Origin: Eremomyces bilateralis CBS 781.70
Lineage: Eukaryota
Direction: 5' to 3' (one strand)
DNA: 53,682 bases
Assembly (NCBI GenBank): GCA_010015585.1
Contig: ML975168.1
Below the pieces are notes generated by a model. The model was not told the origin of the DNA, ran no database searches, and saw nothing but the letters and a program-made list of their open reading frames with translations. This document shows, in pieces, positions 1-10,815 of this stretch. Made by a program: the position numbers and the translations under genes. Numbering within the stretch: the first letter of the stretch is position 1; every line of letters starts with the position of its first letter.

Positions 1-2
1 AT

Positions 3-1949
3 GGGCTACCGACGCCTATGAAAATTCCGAAAACGATAATTTTCATAGATTCACGACGCGATATCCAAAAATGCGCAGAATGTTTGCGAGACTGGCTGTG
101 CAGACTGTCGTCAGGGGCCATAAGACACCGCGACAGCAGAGAGATTATCCAGGTCTACCACTCACACACCACGCTGCATGATAAGGAGGCCCTGTACAGC
201 GAGTTCTCCAAAGTGGATTCCAAGATTCGAATTATGGTCGCAACTGAGTCACTGGGAACGGGAGTGGACCTCTCGAATGTCATACGTGTCGTCCAATATG
301 GATTCCCCTTGGAGCGGCTTTTAAGCGTTCTCATCCAACGGTTTGGTCGTGCAGCTAGAATGGCCAGCATCAAGGGGGAGGCTGTCTTCCTGGTGGAAAG
401 CTGGGCTGTAGGCGACAGGGTTTCATCAACAAGAGCGGCGTTCTCCAGAAGCCGGAAGCAGTCGTCTTTAAGACAGCTTTCTTATACGAGCCAGCTAGCT
501 CAGTCATGCCCCGTCGAGCCAGAAGCGGAGAGTGATGTTCCAGACCACGAAGCGGATGTTGCTGTAGACGCCATTGACTATGGCGTCCCAGAAGACCAGC
601 GCAAACGCAAAACACAGAGAGAGCGCCGGACAGAGCTGTACAATGACTGCCCAGCACTATACAATTTTGTCAATCGATCCAATTGCCTACGCCGAATCCT
701 GATGGATTGGCTGCAAGAGAGTTTGTCAGATCCCGCATCTAAGTTGCCTCCTCCTAGACCGGACGAATGTTGTAACGCCTGCAACCCTGGCCTGACGCGG
801 ACGGTGCCTTTCCCGTGGGACATTGCTCCCAGTCTTCGGAAACCCCACGCTGGGACAGCACCAGGTGCATTTTATGACCGCCTAGCCCTCTGGGGAGACA
901 ATGTTGTTAACTCGGCGCATCAGACGGCGAAGCCCGAACTTTCCGTGAAGCTATTTACTCAGAAGAGTGAGTGGATATCATTATCGACAGAATATGCCTA
1001 CATCCATACAGCCGCTGAGTTGGAGGAGTTTGTGAAATCGACCTGGTTGAAAGACCATTCCGATGAACTCTTTAAGGAGTTTAATAATATCAAGTCCTAC
1101 GTCGTGAGGAACTGGCCTGGAGGTAGCAGGCTAGAAACGTCACGGACGTCAGGAGCTGCAGGCCCAGTGCAGATTTCCCTTGATTATCAAGAAGTCTACA
1201 AGGGTCCAGAAGGGAGAGAGACTCACAAGGGGCAATCTTCAGTCGCGATTGAGCATCCCACTCAGCCAGAGAAACCTGTGTCCTTCTTGCGTAAGAGCGA
1301 TGATTATATTTCCTCATTGGAGAAACTCATTGCTCGCGCGAGAGAGAATACAGCATTATGCTCTCCATGTTCACCTGACCGAGCGTTGTCAGAAAGACAG
1401 CCTATGATTATTGCCGAGCAACAGTTTCGACAAAGTTCGTTGCTCGAGAGACAAGGTCCCCCTGCCACGAAGCAGATGTCCCAACAAGGAGAGCCTCAGG
1501 AAAGAAGAGTATCGACCGAAGTAAAGACTCTAATAACTCCCGATCAAGGACGAAGAGCATCATTTTTGCGTGACCGAGAAGAGTACGCTTCCTCGCTAGA
1601 ACGAATCACTGCCAACGCAAGAGAGATATCAGCCTCGTGCTCTCCTTATCTAGCTACCCAATCAGTGCCGATAGTGGTAGCAGATTCGTCATTAACATCC
1701 ATTAGGTCGGTTACATCGACAAACGTAGATTGCTCCTCTGGCATATCTAGTGTTTTCGAAGACAGTGAGAATGGTTTGTCCAGCGTAAGTGGTGGCAATC
1801 AGTCGTCGAAACGTCCCGCACCGAGTGAAGGAGAAGGAGAAATGATAAAGCGGGTCGCTCTCAGCGTTTTAGACTCTAATATAAGGCGAAGTCCTCGCAG
1901 TGAAAAAGAGAAGAATAGGCGTTATTACCACGGAGAGCGGATATTATAG
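3..1949 (+). CDS. RecQ-family SF2 helicase, C-terminal part (HELICc + Zn-binding RQC-like region), 5'-truncated by the window edge; transposon-encoded
   Basis: Motifs KTIIFIDS, VYHS, IMVATESLGTGVDLSNVIRVVQYG, QRFGRAAR (motif VI) and CLRRIL...CCNAC. The frame is open back to position 3; the DEAH domain is missing. Confidence 0.9.
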   Translation, partial: GLPTPMKIPKTIIFIDSRRDIQKCAECLRDWLCRLSSGAIRHRDSREIIQVYHSHTTLHDKEALYSEFSKVDSKIRIMVATESLGTGVDLSNVIRVVQYGFPLERLLSVLIQRFGRAARMASIKGEAVFLVESWAVGDRVSSTRAAFSRSRKQSSLRQLSYTSQLAQSCPVEPEAESDVPDHEADVAVDAIDYGVPEDQRKRKTQRERRTELYNDCPALYNFVNRSNCLRRILMDWLQESLSDPASKLPPPRPDECCNACNPGLTRTVPFPWDIAPSLRKPHAGTAPGAFYDRLALWGDNVVNSAHQTAKPELSVKLFTQKSEWISLSTEYAYIHTAAELEEFVKSTWLKDHSDELFKEFNNIKSYVVRNWPGGSRLETSRTSGAAGPVQISLDYQEVYKGPEGRETHKGQSSVAIEHPTQPEKPVSFLRKSDDYISSLEKLIARARENTALCSPCSPDRALSERQPMIIAEQQFRQSSLLERQGPPATKQMSQQGEPQERRVSTEVKTLITPDQGRRASFLRDREEYASSLERITANAREISASCSPYLATQSVPIVVADSSLTSIRSVTSTNVDCSSGISSVFEDSENGLSSVSGGNQSSKRPAPSEGEGEMIKRVALSVLDSNIRRSPRSEKEKNRRYYHGERIL

Positions 1950-1954
1950 ATGGA

Positions 1955-4695
1955 CTACTCCGACTCGATATCCGAAGGTAAGCCCCATTCGTGGGCTTCA
2001 TCTCTATCTTCCAAGGGCTGGTGACGTAGGTTAGCACAAGACTGAATACTCTACTAGAACAAAACATACTAGTATCGCCATCATGTCGTTATCGGGATCC
2101 AGATCAGCCGTCGCTCCTCCTGTCTCGTAAGGTGGCACTATTATTTGATCTTCGTCTCTCATGACCTTGGCGTTAAATATTTCTAGCTTCTTTGTCGCCA
2201 CCCTTTCGAGCCCGATCGTATGTATGTCCGGCGCTTGATGTCTGGCTTTCCTACCGCCTCTGTAAAATTTAATCGAATCGCACGCCAATTCAAATGCCAG
2301 TATATGAATATCATCCACTGGAGAGGGCACGGAATGCTTGGAGCTTTCCTTCCGCGCAAATGCTTTCTCTATCGTCTTGCGTAGGAAAACAGTGTATTCT
2401 GCTGTTAACGAGGTAGTCTTAAACAGTGCATCTAATCCGAAAGTCGACGTTCGACGGGCCCAAAGCTCTCTTTTCAGCTCCAGGTTCAGATATTCAAGGC
2501 TACGATCGACTTCTTGCCAAGTGTCCCGACAGCCATGTGGATTAACGAGGCTATTCGAGAGTATTGCGCGCCGAAGCTCCTTATCACAAGCTTTGGTGCT
2601 GGTGAGCCGTTTTAGATAGAGCATTTCGAATGCGTAGTTTGATTGTCCAGTCCCCTCGAAGTAAAAGCAACAGACACCAATGACTCGGTCGATGAGTCCT
2701 ATATCTCCGTTTTTGATGCCGTACTTCAAGGTCTTGTACACAACCATTTGTTGAAGGTATCGAGCATGACTGAGGAACTCCTCATCGACTGTATTGTTGG
2801 CATGCTTCTCCTTTGATGGTCGCCAGGCTTCCGGCCCAAATGCGGATCTGCGAACATCCTCCACTAGGTCCATGAAGCCTCTAGTATTCATGTTCTGAAT
2901 TGCCTTGTCAACCTCCTCTTGATCGGAGGTATCGATGCCGTACTGCTCGAGGCGAGTATAAAGTAGTCCAATAACTCGAGCGTCGAAACTGTGAAGCACC
3001 AGCTCTTCTAGAACCTGAAAAGCTGCACGGTCCGCTGGAATATTCTTTCGTCCCCAGAAGTTGATGTTGTGATAGAGAGTTGAAGCGTCCTGTTGCTCCA
3101 TGTTTCCGTAATGTGTCTTTTGCATGAGCCATAGAAAATTCATGCGCAGGTGAAAGAGAGCAGCGACTCCTATCAGCCAGTCTTTTCTATCATACGATAT
3201 AGACGCGTCGACTTGCTCAGCCTGCATAGATCGGATGAGTGAAGAGGTTTTTTGATCGCCAAACGCCAAGAACAGACGGTTGTCGAATTCTTTACTATCT
3301 AGTTGGAATTGGCGCTTGTAGATGCTCTCTATAACCTCGTAGGAGCCATCTAGAGTACCTTCGTTGAAGAGAATCGGACCGAGCGTCTTGCTATCTGTCT
3401 TTCGAAGCTCAAGTAACTCGACGGTTGGCATAGCCGGGAATGGGATGTCGGAATTAGAGAAGATAGATTTGACCGATTTTGGATATGCTGTCCGAATCGC
3501 CTCCGCTATGAAGTAGCTGTCAATCTTGGAGGCAGTCTCGTCGTATATGGCGGCGCCGGGAGAGTAGAAAAGGTCCTCTATTGAAAGTGGAGTCTCACGG
3601 TGTAGCATCGATTTCCTTAATCCACCTGGAGGAATGTCGGCGCCTCTGAAAACTTTCCCCGTTGTTACCGAGCGCATTTCTGCATGGTTTGAAATGAGCT
3701 GGTGCTTAACACCTTCTCGATAGTCGAAATTATCGTAGACAACACAGGCGTTCAGCAGCTGGCCGTATCGACGGACCGTCCCCTACGTACGGTTAGTTGA
3801 AATCCATTCCGAGGGACGGTGACGATGCCTTCGCTTGTTCTGCCACGGTTTCAAGATGTCTGTGGACTGCCTTGTAGCCTTCACAAACCCCAAATTGGTG
3901 AAAAAGGTCGAGGACCCGACGTTTCACGCCATTGGAGTGTAGAAAGGCACCAAATACGCGGGGAAACTTGTTGCTCCCTTCCGACGCCCGAGAATAGCAG
4001 AGGATCGACGTGATTATCGCAGTCCTGTGGTTAAATTTAGAAGGATCTCGTGGTGGTCGATCTTTCCTCTCTATCTTGGGCGCCATAAGACCGTCGAGCA
4101 GTCCACATAGAAGAGGAGCATGAGTGTTAACTTGCTCATACATCCAGCCGAACCGCAAGTCGTCGAGTATGCACTCGTAGTCCTCTGGTTTCTGGCCATC
4201 TTCAGACTGGCCATCTTCAGACCGCCCCTCCCGCCCAATACTGGCCTGTAGAGACTTTTCTCGTTCGCGGTGGACCTGGTAGGCACTAAACATACCTCCG
4301 GCTTCTTCCAGCGCTTTCATTTCTTTTCTTAGTGCCTTCACGGTGACAATTCCTCCCACACCAGACGCAGGATGTTGTCGTATTGCGTCTAGCACCTCTG
4401 GTTGAGTGTATATCGCGTCTACAAGGCGTTTGGCACGCGTCGCAGGTCGATCTCCGTAGCCGTCACCACCTTGAGTTGTTACATACACTCGGATGAACTC
4501 GGCAAGCGTCAAGTGGTGTGTTTGGGACATGTATTTGCATATGTCGTTCACTCGCTTTTCTGACGTCCATACTCGAGATCTGGCGCGTCTACGATGGACA
4601 TCGGCAGTCGAAGCAGTAGTTCGTGGCTGTTCTCTGCTCTCTAGAGGCGTTGGGTTCAGTCGTACGCTGCGCCGAGAGGAGGTTCGATCTGACAT
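1955..4695 (-). CDS. DUF6589-type (Academ-like) transposase, ~880 aa, 3 exons: 4695-3829, 3782-2070, 2017-1955
   Basis: Splicing joins the 300-aa and 548-aa ORFs in phase 0. Motifs VVYDNFD, FGDQKT, LFHLRMN, KNGDIG, NYAFEML and VDRSLEYLN. Intron 2018-2069 has GTATGT...GCTAAC...CAG. Intron 3783-3828 has CTAAC...TAG, but its donor is uncertain (GC). Confidence 0.8.
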
Positions 4696-4860
4696 CGTCC
4701 AAAATTCACTGGGTTATCAAGAAACGATAGAGGATTCGATTGAACGAGTCAATTTTACTGTGCGATAGCTCGTTGTGGAGGAAAACGAGGTTGATGTGAT
4801 TAAATTGCTCTCATACAAACGATCTCGATTCAGGCCAAAAATCAATGACAGAATCCTCAG

Positions 4861-5044
4861 GCTATTTGGTCGAGGACCATACCAATTAGGTATAGCGCGG
4901 TTCGTTGCCTCAGGCACGACCACAATGGCCTGAGCTTGCTGAGGTAAGCTATTTGTTCGAGGAGCACATGTGACTTACCGATTAGGTATAGTCCCACTCC
5001 GGTGCCTTGGCACGACCACAAATAGCCTGAGCTTGCTGAGGTAA
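4861..5044. repeat. Imperfect tandem duplication (87 and 97 bp units) upstream of the transposase
   Basis: GCTATTTG(G/T)TCGAGGA...ATTAGGTATAG...GGCACGACCACAA...GCCTGAGCTTGCTGAGGTAA occurs at 4861-4947 and again at 4948-5044. Confidence 0.9.
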
Positions 5045-5328
5045 TGGTTGGCCGACCCAGCCAAGAATCACGTGATGTAGTACGTTGCCGAACTATCTCC
5101 TGCACCGAATAGTCTAGTTATTCGAAGTTTCACATCCAGCACTGATAATAATACGTTGGCATGGAACTCCGTCGACCGAACGGAAGTCTTTCATCGAAAA
5201 TTCAACCTCCACTTCTAGTCCCTCGCCCCCGAGGTCTGCATGACGTAGCGGTCGCGGTTCAAATCCAATTAGACAGATTCAACCTCAACAAGAGAGAATA
5301 CATAGCATCTGTTCTACTGATGATTGAG

Positions 5329-6649
5329 CTACAACTTGCTAACCCCCTTCTCGTTCTCCTTCAACTGCCTTACTTTAGCCAGCGCATTGTCAAAGTACTC
5401 CTTTGTTCTGGTATAGTAGATGTGCGAGAAATCGCTGCTCGCCTGTCCGGTGACTGTCCGCGCCTGGATACCATGGCTAATCGTTCCGCCCTGAATACCA
5501 CCGTCAGTCAATTCATTTCAACGATACACATCTCACAATCAGAGAAAGACTTACCCGGACCATGTGGAAAATCTTCGCAACCTCCCACTTATCCTTCCGC
5601 GGGTCCCAGCCGTTGATCTGCGTATACCGATCTATCAACTCGTTCGGATCCGGGAACCCGTGCGCCGCCCACCCTTCCTCCTCGAACGCCTTGCTGATCT
5701 TCTGCCAGTATGGGCTGACCACATACACCGCATCCATGAGCGGATGTCCGATGGTCGACAGCTCCCAGTCCAGGATCGCGATCACCCGCGGCTCGGTCGG
5801 GTGCAGCACGACGTTGTCGAACTTGTAGTCGCCATGTACGATCGACGCCCGGTCAGTCGGCACGTTCGCGCGAACGTAATCAACGATCTCGTCGAAGTTT
5901 TCGTGGGCGCGGCCGAGGAGTTGGCCGGTCTTGATGTCGCGAACTTTGGCTTGCTGGGCTTCGATGCGGGAGAAGGTGTTACAGTGGCGGGTGTAGAATC
6001 CGGTGGTCTTGCCGTAGCCGGTGAGGCCGATCTCGTCTGGGTTAATGCTGTGTAGCCAGGCGAGGGTTTCGACAAGGGAGAACCAGCTGGAAAGGTGAGT
6101 AAGCCAGACTCCAAGTAAGGGAAGAAGATGAGACGTACGCTTTTCTTCGGTCTGACGAGCTGAGTTCAGTGAGGTCGACGTCAGTCAATATCCTTCCTTT
6201 GACGAATTCCATGACCTGCCAGTAGGTTAGGTTCGGATTATAGGCCTTCTTTGAGGGGTACGCTCACATAGAACGCTGTCCCGATGATTGAATCATCCAT
6301 ACACAGGCAGAACACCTTGGGAACCGGGAAATCTTTAACCTTCCCCAGAGCTTCCAACACCCGGAATTCGCGGTCTACCTGATGTGCGACAGGAGAAATG
6401 ATCGTGCCGCTCGGCTTCTTCCTCAGGATATATCGCTGGCCTCTGTGTTTGGGTTAGCAGCGCAAGGAGCGAGCAGCGTATCTAATTATACCTAGCATCA
6501 TCCACAAAGTATGTCGGGTTGCTCTGGCCATATCCAATCTTCGTAGATTTAACCGGCGATGCGATACCCGGGATCTTGGTCGTCAGGTATTTCGCAAGGG
6601 AGACGTCGTCCAGGTCGTGCCGGGCTTGGTTTGCGGAATCGGCAGCCAT
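5329..6649 (-). CDS. Aminoglycoside-phosphotransferase-family (ACAD10/11 N-terminal-like) protein, multi-exon, with C-terminal PTS1
   Basis: GYGQSNPTY, HQVDREFRVL, IVHGDYKFDNVV, IAILDWELSTIGHPLMD; about 4 introns; ends in -SKL*. Confidence 0.88.
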
Positions 6650-7668
6650 GGCTTCGCTTTAATTGGCAGGTTGGAACCTAATATTTCTGACAATTACAGA
6701 AATCCTCGCTCAAGACGATCAAAAAATTATTCACTCCAGTGCAAAACAGCCTTTGAATCTTATAACTTTTTCATTGCGGAGTTGTCGTGGGAATAAGCTC
6801 CCCCAGACTCCCTGTTGAACTTGCGGGGCTTCAGAACCAGAGCCCCTCGGACCGAACGAACCCGCGCCGATCGCCATGTTCTTGTGTCAGGATTCCACCC
6901 ACCAAACTATCCTTTTCATGTTTTCTGACACAACTTGCCGAAGATCGCCGAGAGGGACGGCGTAGACTATGTCTTGATGTGCTTCTATCCCTAAAATAGC
7001 CAGTTGGGCAATTCTGCCTCATTCCCGAAGGAAGCCATGGAGAAGTAGAGAAGTAACTAATGAGAAGATAAGCATAACAATAACGCGCAGAATCAATGCT
7101 ATAACTGCCATATGGTAGAATTAGAGCAGTGCAAAATAATAAGGAGCGACGGCTCGAGCAAAATCAATATGTAATATAAAATACTCTGTACCAGTTTTAA
7201 ACACCCACATGAACGCAGACCCAAGGACCTCCTGTTGGACAACAATATTGGCCATCGCTCTTCATCTGCTAGCTATAATTACACGGCCGTTCGGCGATTG
7301 ACTAGTCTAGTAGAGAGGTCGATGTCAATTCATCAAGTTAGTCATTCGTGAGCTTTTAGACTCAGTGGAAGCTGGCCAAGGGAGGAGGGCCTTTGCACAA
7401 AACAAAGGCGGATCTTGCAATGGAGCACACTCGTCCTGTCTCAGAGGAAACCCCGTATAAGAACATCCGATCAATGATTCGACATTCCATTGGTATGCCC
7501 TGGAGATCATTGAATCAAGAAAGGTAAAGACCATCTTGAACCTCGATGGGAGGTCGAGTCACGATGAAATATTGGTGCCTCAGGCAGTATAAGAGTTCAA
7601 CGCCAACCCAAGAATCAGACGCGTGAGAGTCCTTTTTATACAGCGAACATTCCGCCCACGAGAGTAGC

Positions 7669-8969
7669 ATGATGGATGAGTGGGTTGGAAACATATCACT
7701 CTCAGCCGGAGAGCTTATAGAAGGTATTAAATACCCCCTTCGTGCATCTATCGCCTAACTAACGCGTCTGGAAGATATACGCGTAGTGCTCGATCCCGCT
7801 TTATCGTCCCCCCACTCTACCCTCCCTAATGACCTCGAATATGTCGCGATAGTCGATATCTCCTATCTACCATTGTATCTCGCCGTTGGACCAAGCCTCC
7901 GGGTCCACAGTGGCTCAGAAACCTCACAAGGCTGGTTCAATGCGGCAATAAATCCCACATCTGGTCCACCAAGCCACCCAGACCCCGAGCATGATGTGGA
8001 AGAATCACTGGCATGGAGCGTTTCCTCATATAAGCACGCGCAATATCCCCTAGGGATCTTGACCCGGCCAAAAGGCTCGTCACCCGTAACATGGAATGGC
8101 CTCCACATTACCGAACTACTCTTCTACGGTGTCCGCCTACCTGGCACCTCTCACCCCGCGGTCTTCGTCCAAGCCTACTCCTCCGACCTCCTCACTCGCA
8201 TTCCAGGCACAACCACGCCACCCCTCTCCACCACCGGCTCACCAACCCTAGTCGCCACTCCGGACGTTGACGACGATCTCACCCCGCAGTTCCTCCCTCC
8301 GTTTGCCGCCGACGTCACGCAGCCTGACCTCGAGTCTCGGAAGCGGAAACACCTCGAAGACGTCTTCGATTCCGCCAAGCAGCAGAACCGCAAGGCGCGA
8401 CGGGCGATCACCGAGGCTGTCCAATGGGGGGGTTCGCACCCGAATGTGAGCGAGCGGCGGCGGATATCGGTGCTGGATGGGTGGGAGAAGGAGGCGACGG
8501 GGCAGGGGGATACGCACGGTTGGTCGCAGAGCCAGTGTAGTACTCCATTGCTGTCGCCGCAGAAACGGGGCAAGGGATCTAGGACGGGCGCCGAGGAGGA
8601 GGGGGTATTAGAGGGGAAGAATAAGGAGTTGATCTCAAGAGTGGTGATGACGGGGTTGAGGATGTATGGGTATGAGAAGCCCAAGAGGAAGAGTGGTGAT
8701 GTTACGGCATGTGACGATGGGACGAGAGATCGGCAGGCACTTGATGAAGATGAATATAAAGGGCTGTATCATCAAGTGTACAAGGGTACTGTCTTTGCTT
8801 TGGTAAGCCTGATCTCGGTATCTGCCAATCATCTTTCTGACCGTCATAGCGAAATCATATTTCACGGACATCACTACATACCCATACAGCAGTCATCAGG
8901 GATACTGTGGACAAGTTGCTGGCGATATTCAGCACTGAGCCACCGGAACTTCCACGAGACAATGGTTAG
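7669..8969 (+). CDS. Sld7_C-domain protein (putative replication factor Sld7-like); introns 7724-7774 and 8803-8849
   Basis: C-terminal NKELISRVVMTGLRMYG...DEYKGLYHQVYKGTVFAL|RNHI...RDTVDKLLAIF, typical of fungal Sld7_C. Both introns are canonical and keep frame. Confidence 0.7.
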
Positions 8970-9072
8970 CTTCCCCCGAGTAAGGACCTTCACGATCAAT
9001 GGACCCAGTATTCCTATTGTTCCAGTTTGAATTGTAGTTGAACGCAGTTGACTGACGTTCAACAACCCATCG

Positions 9073-10815
9073 CTACCTGAATTCCAAGTTGAACCGTTCC
9101 TCATCCCCAAGCTCATCACTATCCCAGCCATCCTCCTCGTCGTTTTCGACCATCTCGAGGAAGTGCTGTATCCCTGCCCTCTCTTCATTTCCGAGCTCCT
9201 CTCTGCGCTGGCCTTGTCTGCCTTCCTGTTCCCCATCCCGTGCCCGGTCCTGCCGATCTCCGCCTGCTTGGTTTTCCCCGTTCTGGTTGCCCACTGCCTC
9301 CGCCGCTTCCGCCTCACGCTCCGCGATCTCCACCGCAGCCTCCCACCCTCTCTGTCCCACGAACGCCACCCCTCCATCCGCATTATCCCCCTCTTCCAAG
9401 TCCCACAACCGTTCGAAACACTCCTTCTTCGGATTATTGAAATGCTCATACGGATTCCCCTCATCCAGCCACGAGGAGCAGAGATAGCAGAAATGCGTGC
9501 GACACTGCGGACACGACATGTGGTTGCATCCATGCGTCTTCTGCGTCGGCGACGAACATGTCGGGCACGGCGACGTGTTCTTCCGGATGAAGTCGTACGA
9601 CGCGGATTCCTCTGCGGTGAGCTCGGCGGCTGTGCGCGGCCAGCAGCGCACGAAGTCGCCGTGCCAACCGTTCAGGCAGACGCGGCAGAAGGCAAATGAG
9701 CAGTCCTCACAGATGCAGAGGCGGTCGGCGGAGGGGTCGGCAGCCTTCTCAGTGGGTTTAGTGGTAGGTGAGCCTTCGGCTTCCGTAGTGGGTGAGTCTT
9801 CAGGTTCAGAGTCGGAATCGACGTAGGTGTCAAGAGATGTAGGTTTGGGGTATTTCTTGGAGCGGGCGGCGCCTTGGCACCATTTGCGGGGGCAGTAGAC
9901 GGTGGTTTGGTCGGATTCGAGTTTCTTTTTGTGTTTGAGGTCCACATATCGTTGGACTATGGTGCGGTCGAGGGGGACTTGGAGGAGTTCACCGGGAGGG
10001 ATGGCTCGCAGTTTGAGAGGGGCCGCCCGTCTGTGGGTAATGGCGCCATCGGCTCTTCCACAGGTAGGATCCGGACATTTAACGCTCGCGACATCGCCTT
10101 GGGTGATAGATGCGGTAAAGAAGTCTTGCAGACATGCGCGACAGAAAACGTGGCCGCAGGTGGCTAGGCGATGGCAATTCACCCCTTTCTTGGGTTCGAG
10201 ACAGATGCCGCAACTGAAGGTCTCGCGCTCAAATTTCTTTCTCTTCGTGCTCTTGTCAAAGTCCAAAAGCTGAGGTTTGTACGTCAAGGGTACTTTGAGC
10301 GCCTGCTTTCCGGACACTCCTGTGAACCCATCTTCGACAGCTTGCTGCAGGTAGTCCACGTACGCGAACAGGACGGCCGTATGAGCGTACTCATCCCATA
10401 GTTTCGTGCATTCTTCCTCCAGACTCTCCAGATATGAAGCAGGGAAATAATCGGGTGAAGTTGATAATTTGATGACAGGCGGTGTAGAGGTCGGATATTC
10501 CGACGGAAGAGAGATGTCCAGGGCCAGCGGCGGGAGATATTTGAGATCCTGCCACTCGGGTTGCACAACCTCGGCCGAAGATGGTACAATAGAGCTCGGA
10601 TTATCAATCTTCAAGTCCTCTAATATTTCGTCTAACGAACAAAATGAACTGTGAACAACCTGAGGATGGAAAAGAACGGAGACATGGGGGTTAGGGGCGA
10701 CTAGGAGCTCGAGTGTTGCGTGGAAGAGATCGTTATCATCTCTCGTCAGTTCGGGATAGATTGCGGAAAGAGACTCAAGTTCTTCGGATCGTTCGTCGTC
10801 AGCTGGATCCGCCAT
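9073..10815 (-). CDS. ITT1: RWD-domain RING-IBR-RING (RBR) E3 ubiquitin ligase, Itt1/RNF14 homologue
   Basis: N-terminal RWD (EELESLSAIYP, LPSEYP), RING1 CGICLE...CGHVFCRAC, IBR CPRKWC...FAFCRVC, RING2 CPTC...GCNHMSC...FCYLC. Confidence 0.9.
   Translation of the reverse strand: MADPADDERSEELESLSAIYPELTRDDNDLFHATLELLVAPNPHVSVLFHPQVVHSSFCSLDEILEDLKIDNPSSIVPSSAEVVQPEWQDLKYLPPLALDISLPSEYPTSTPPVIKLSTSPDYFPASYLESLEEECTKLWDEYAHTAVLFAYVDYLQQAVEDGFTGVSGKQALKVPLTYKPQLLDFDKSTKRKKFERETFSCGICLEPKKGVNCHRLATCGHVFCRACLQDFFTASITQGDVASVKCPDPTCGRADGAITHRRAAPLKLRAIPPGELLQVPLDRTIVQRYVDLKHKKKLESDQTTVYCPRKWCQGAARSKKYPKPTSLDTYVDSDSEPEDSPTTEAEGSPTTKPTEKAADPSADRLCICEDCSFAFCRVCLNGWHGDFVRCWPRTAAELTAEESASYDFIRKNTSPCPTCSSPTQKTHGCNHMSCPQCRTHFCYLCSSWLDEGNPYEHFNNPKKECFERLWDLEEGDNADGGVAFVGQRGWEAAVEIAEREAEAAEAVGNQNGENQAGGDRQDRARDGEQEGRQGQRREELGNEERAGIQHFLEMVENDEEDGWDSDELGDEERFNLEFR

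Larger units (their letters stand above)
1..5247. mobile_element. AcademH-like DNA transposon (RecQ helicase + DUF6589-type transposase, convergent); left part outside the window, right boundary approximate (5240-5247)
   Basis: Convergent helicase and DDE-like transposase genes with stops at 1949 and 1955. Subterminal tandem duplication at 4861-5044. The next host gene ends at 5329. TIR and TSD cannot be verified because the other end is not in the window. Confidence 0.7.

Noticed and set aside
4193..4222. 15-bp tandem repeat in the transposase (SEDGQSEDGQ)
   Set aside because: In-frame slippage in a low-complexity linker; not an independent element.
4861..5044. Repeat-spacer look suggesting a CRISPR array
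   Set aside because: Only two imperfect units, in a eukaryotic context, with no cas genes.
5240..5275. GGTTCAAATCC resembling a tRNA T-loop/B-box
   Set aside because: No T-stem beyond 2 bp, and no acceptor, D or anticodon arms.
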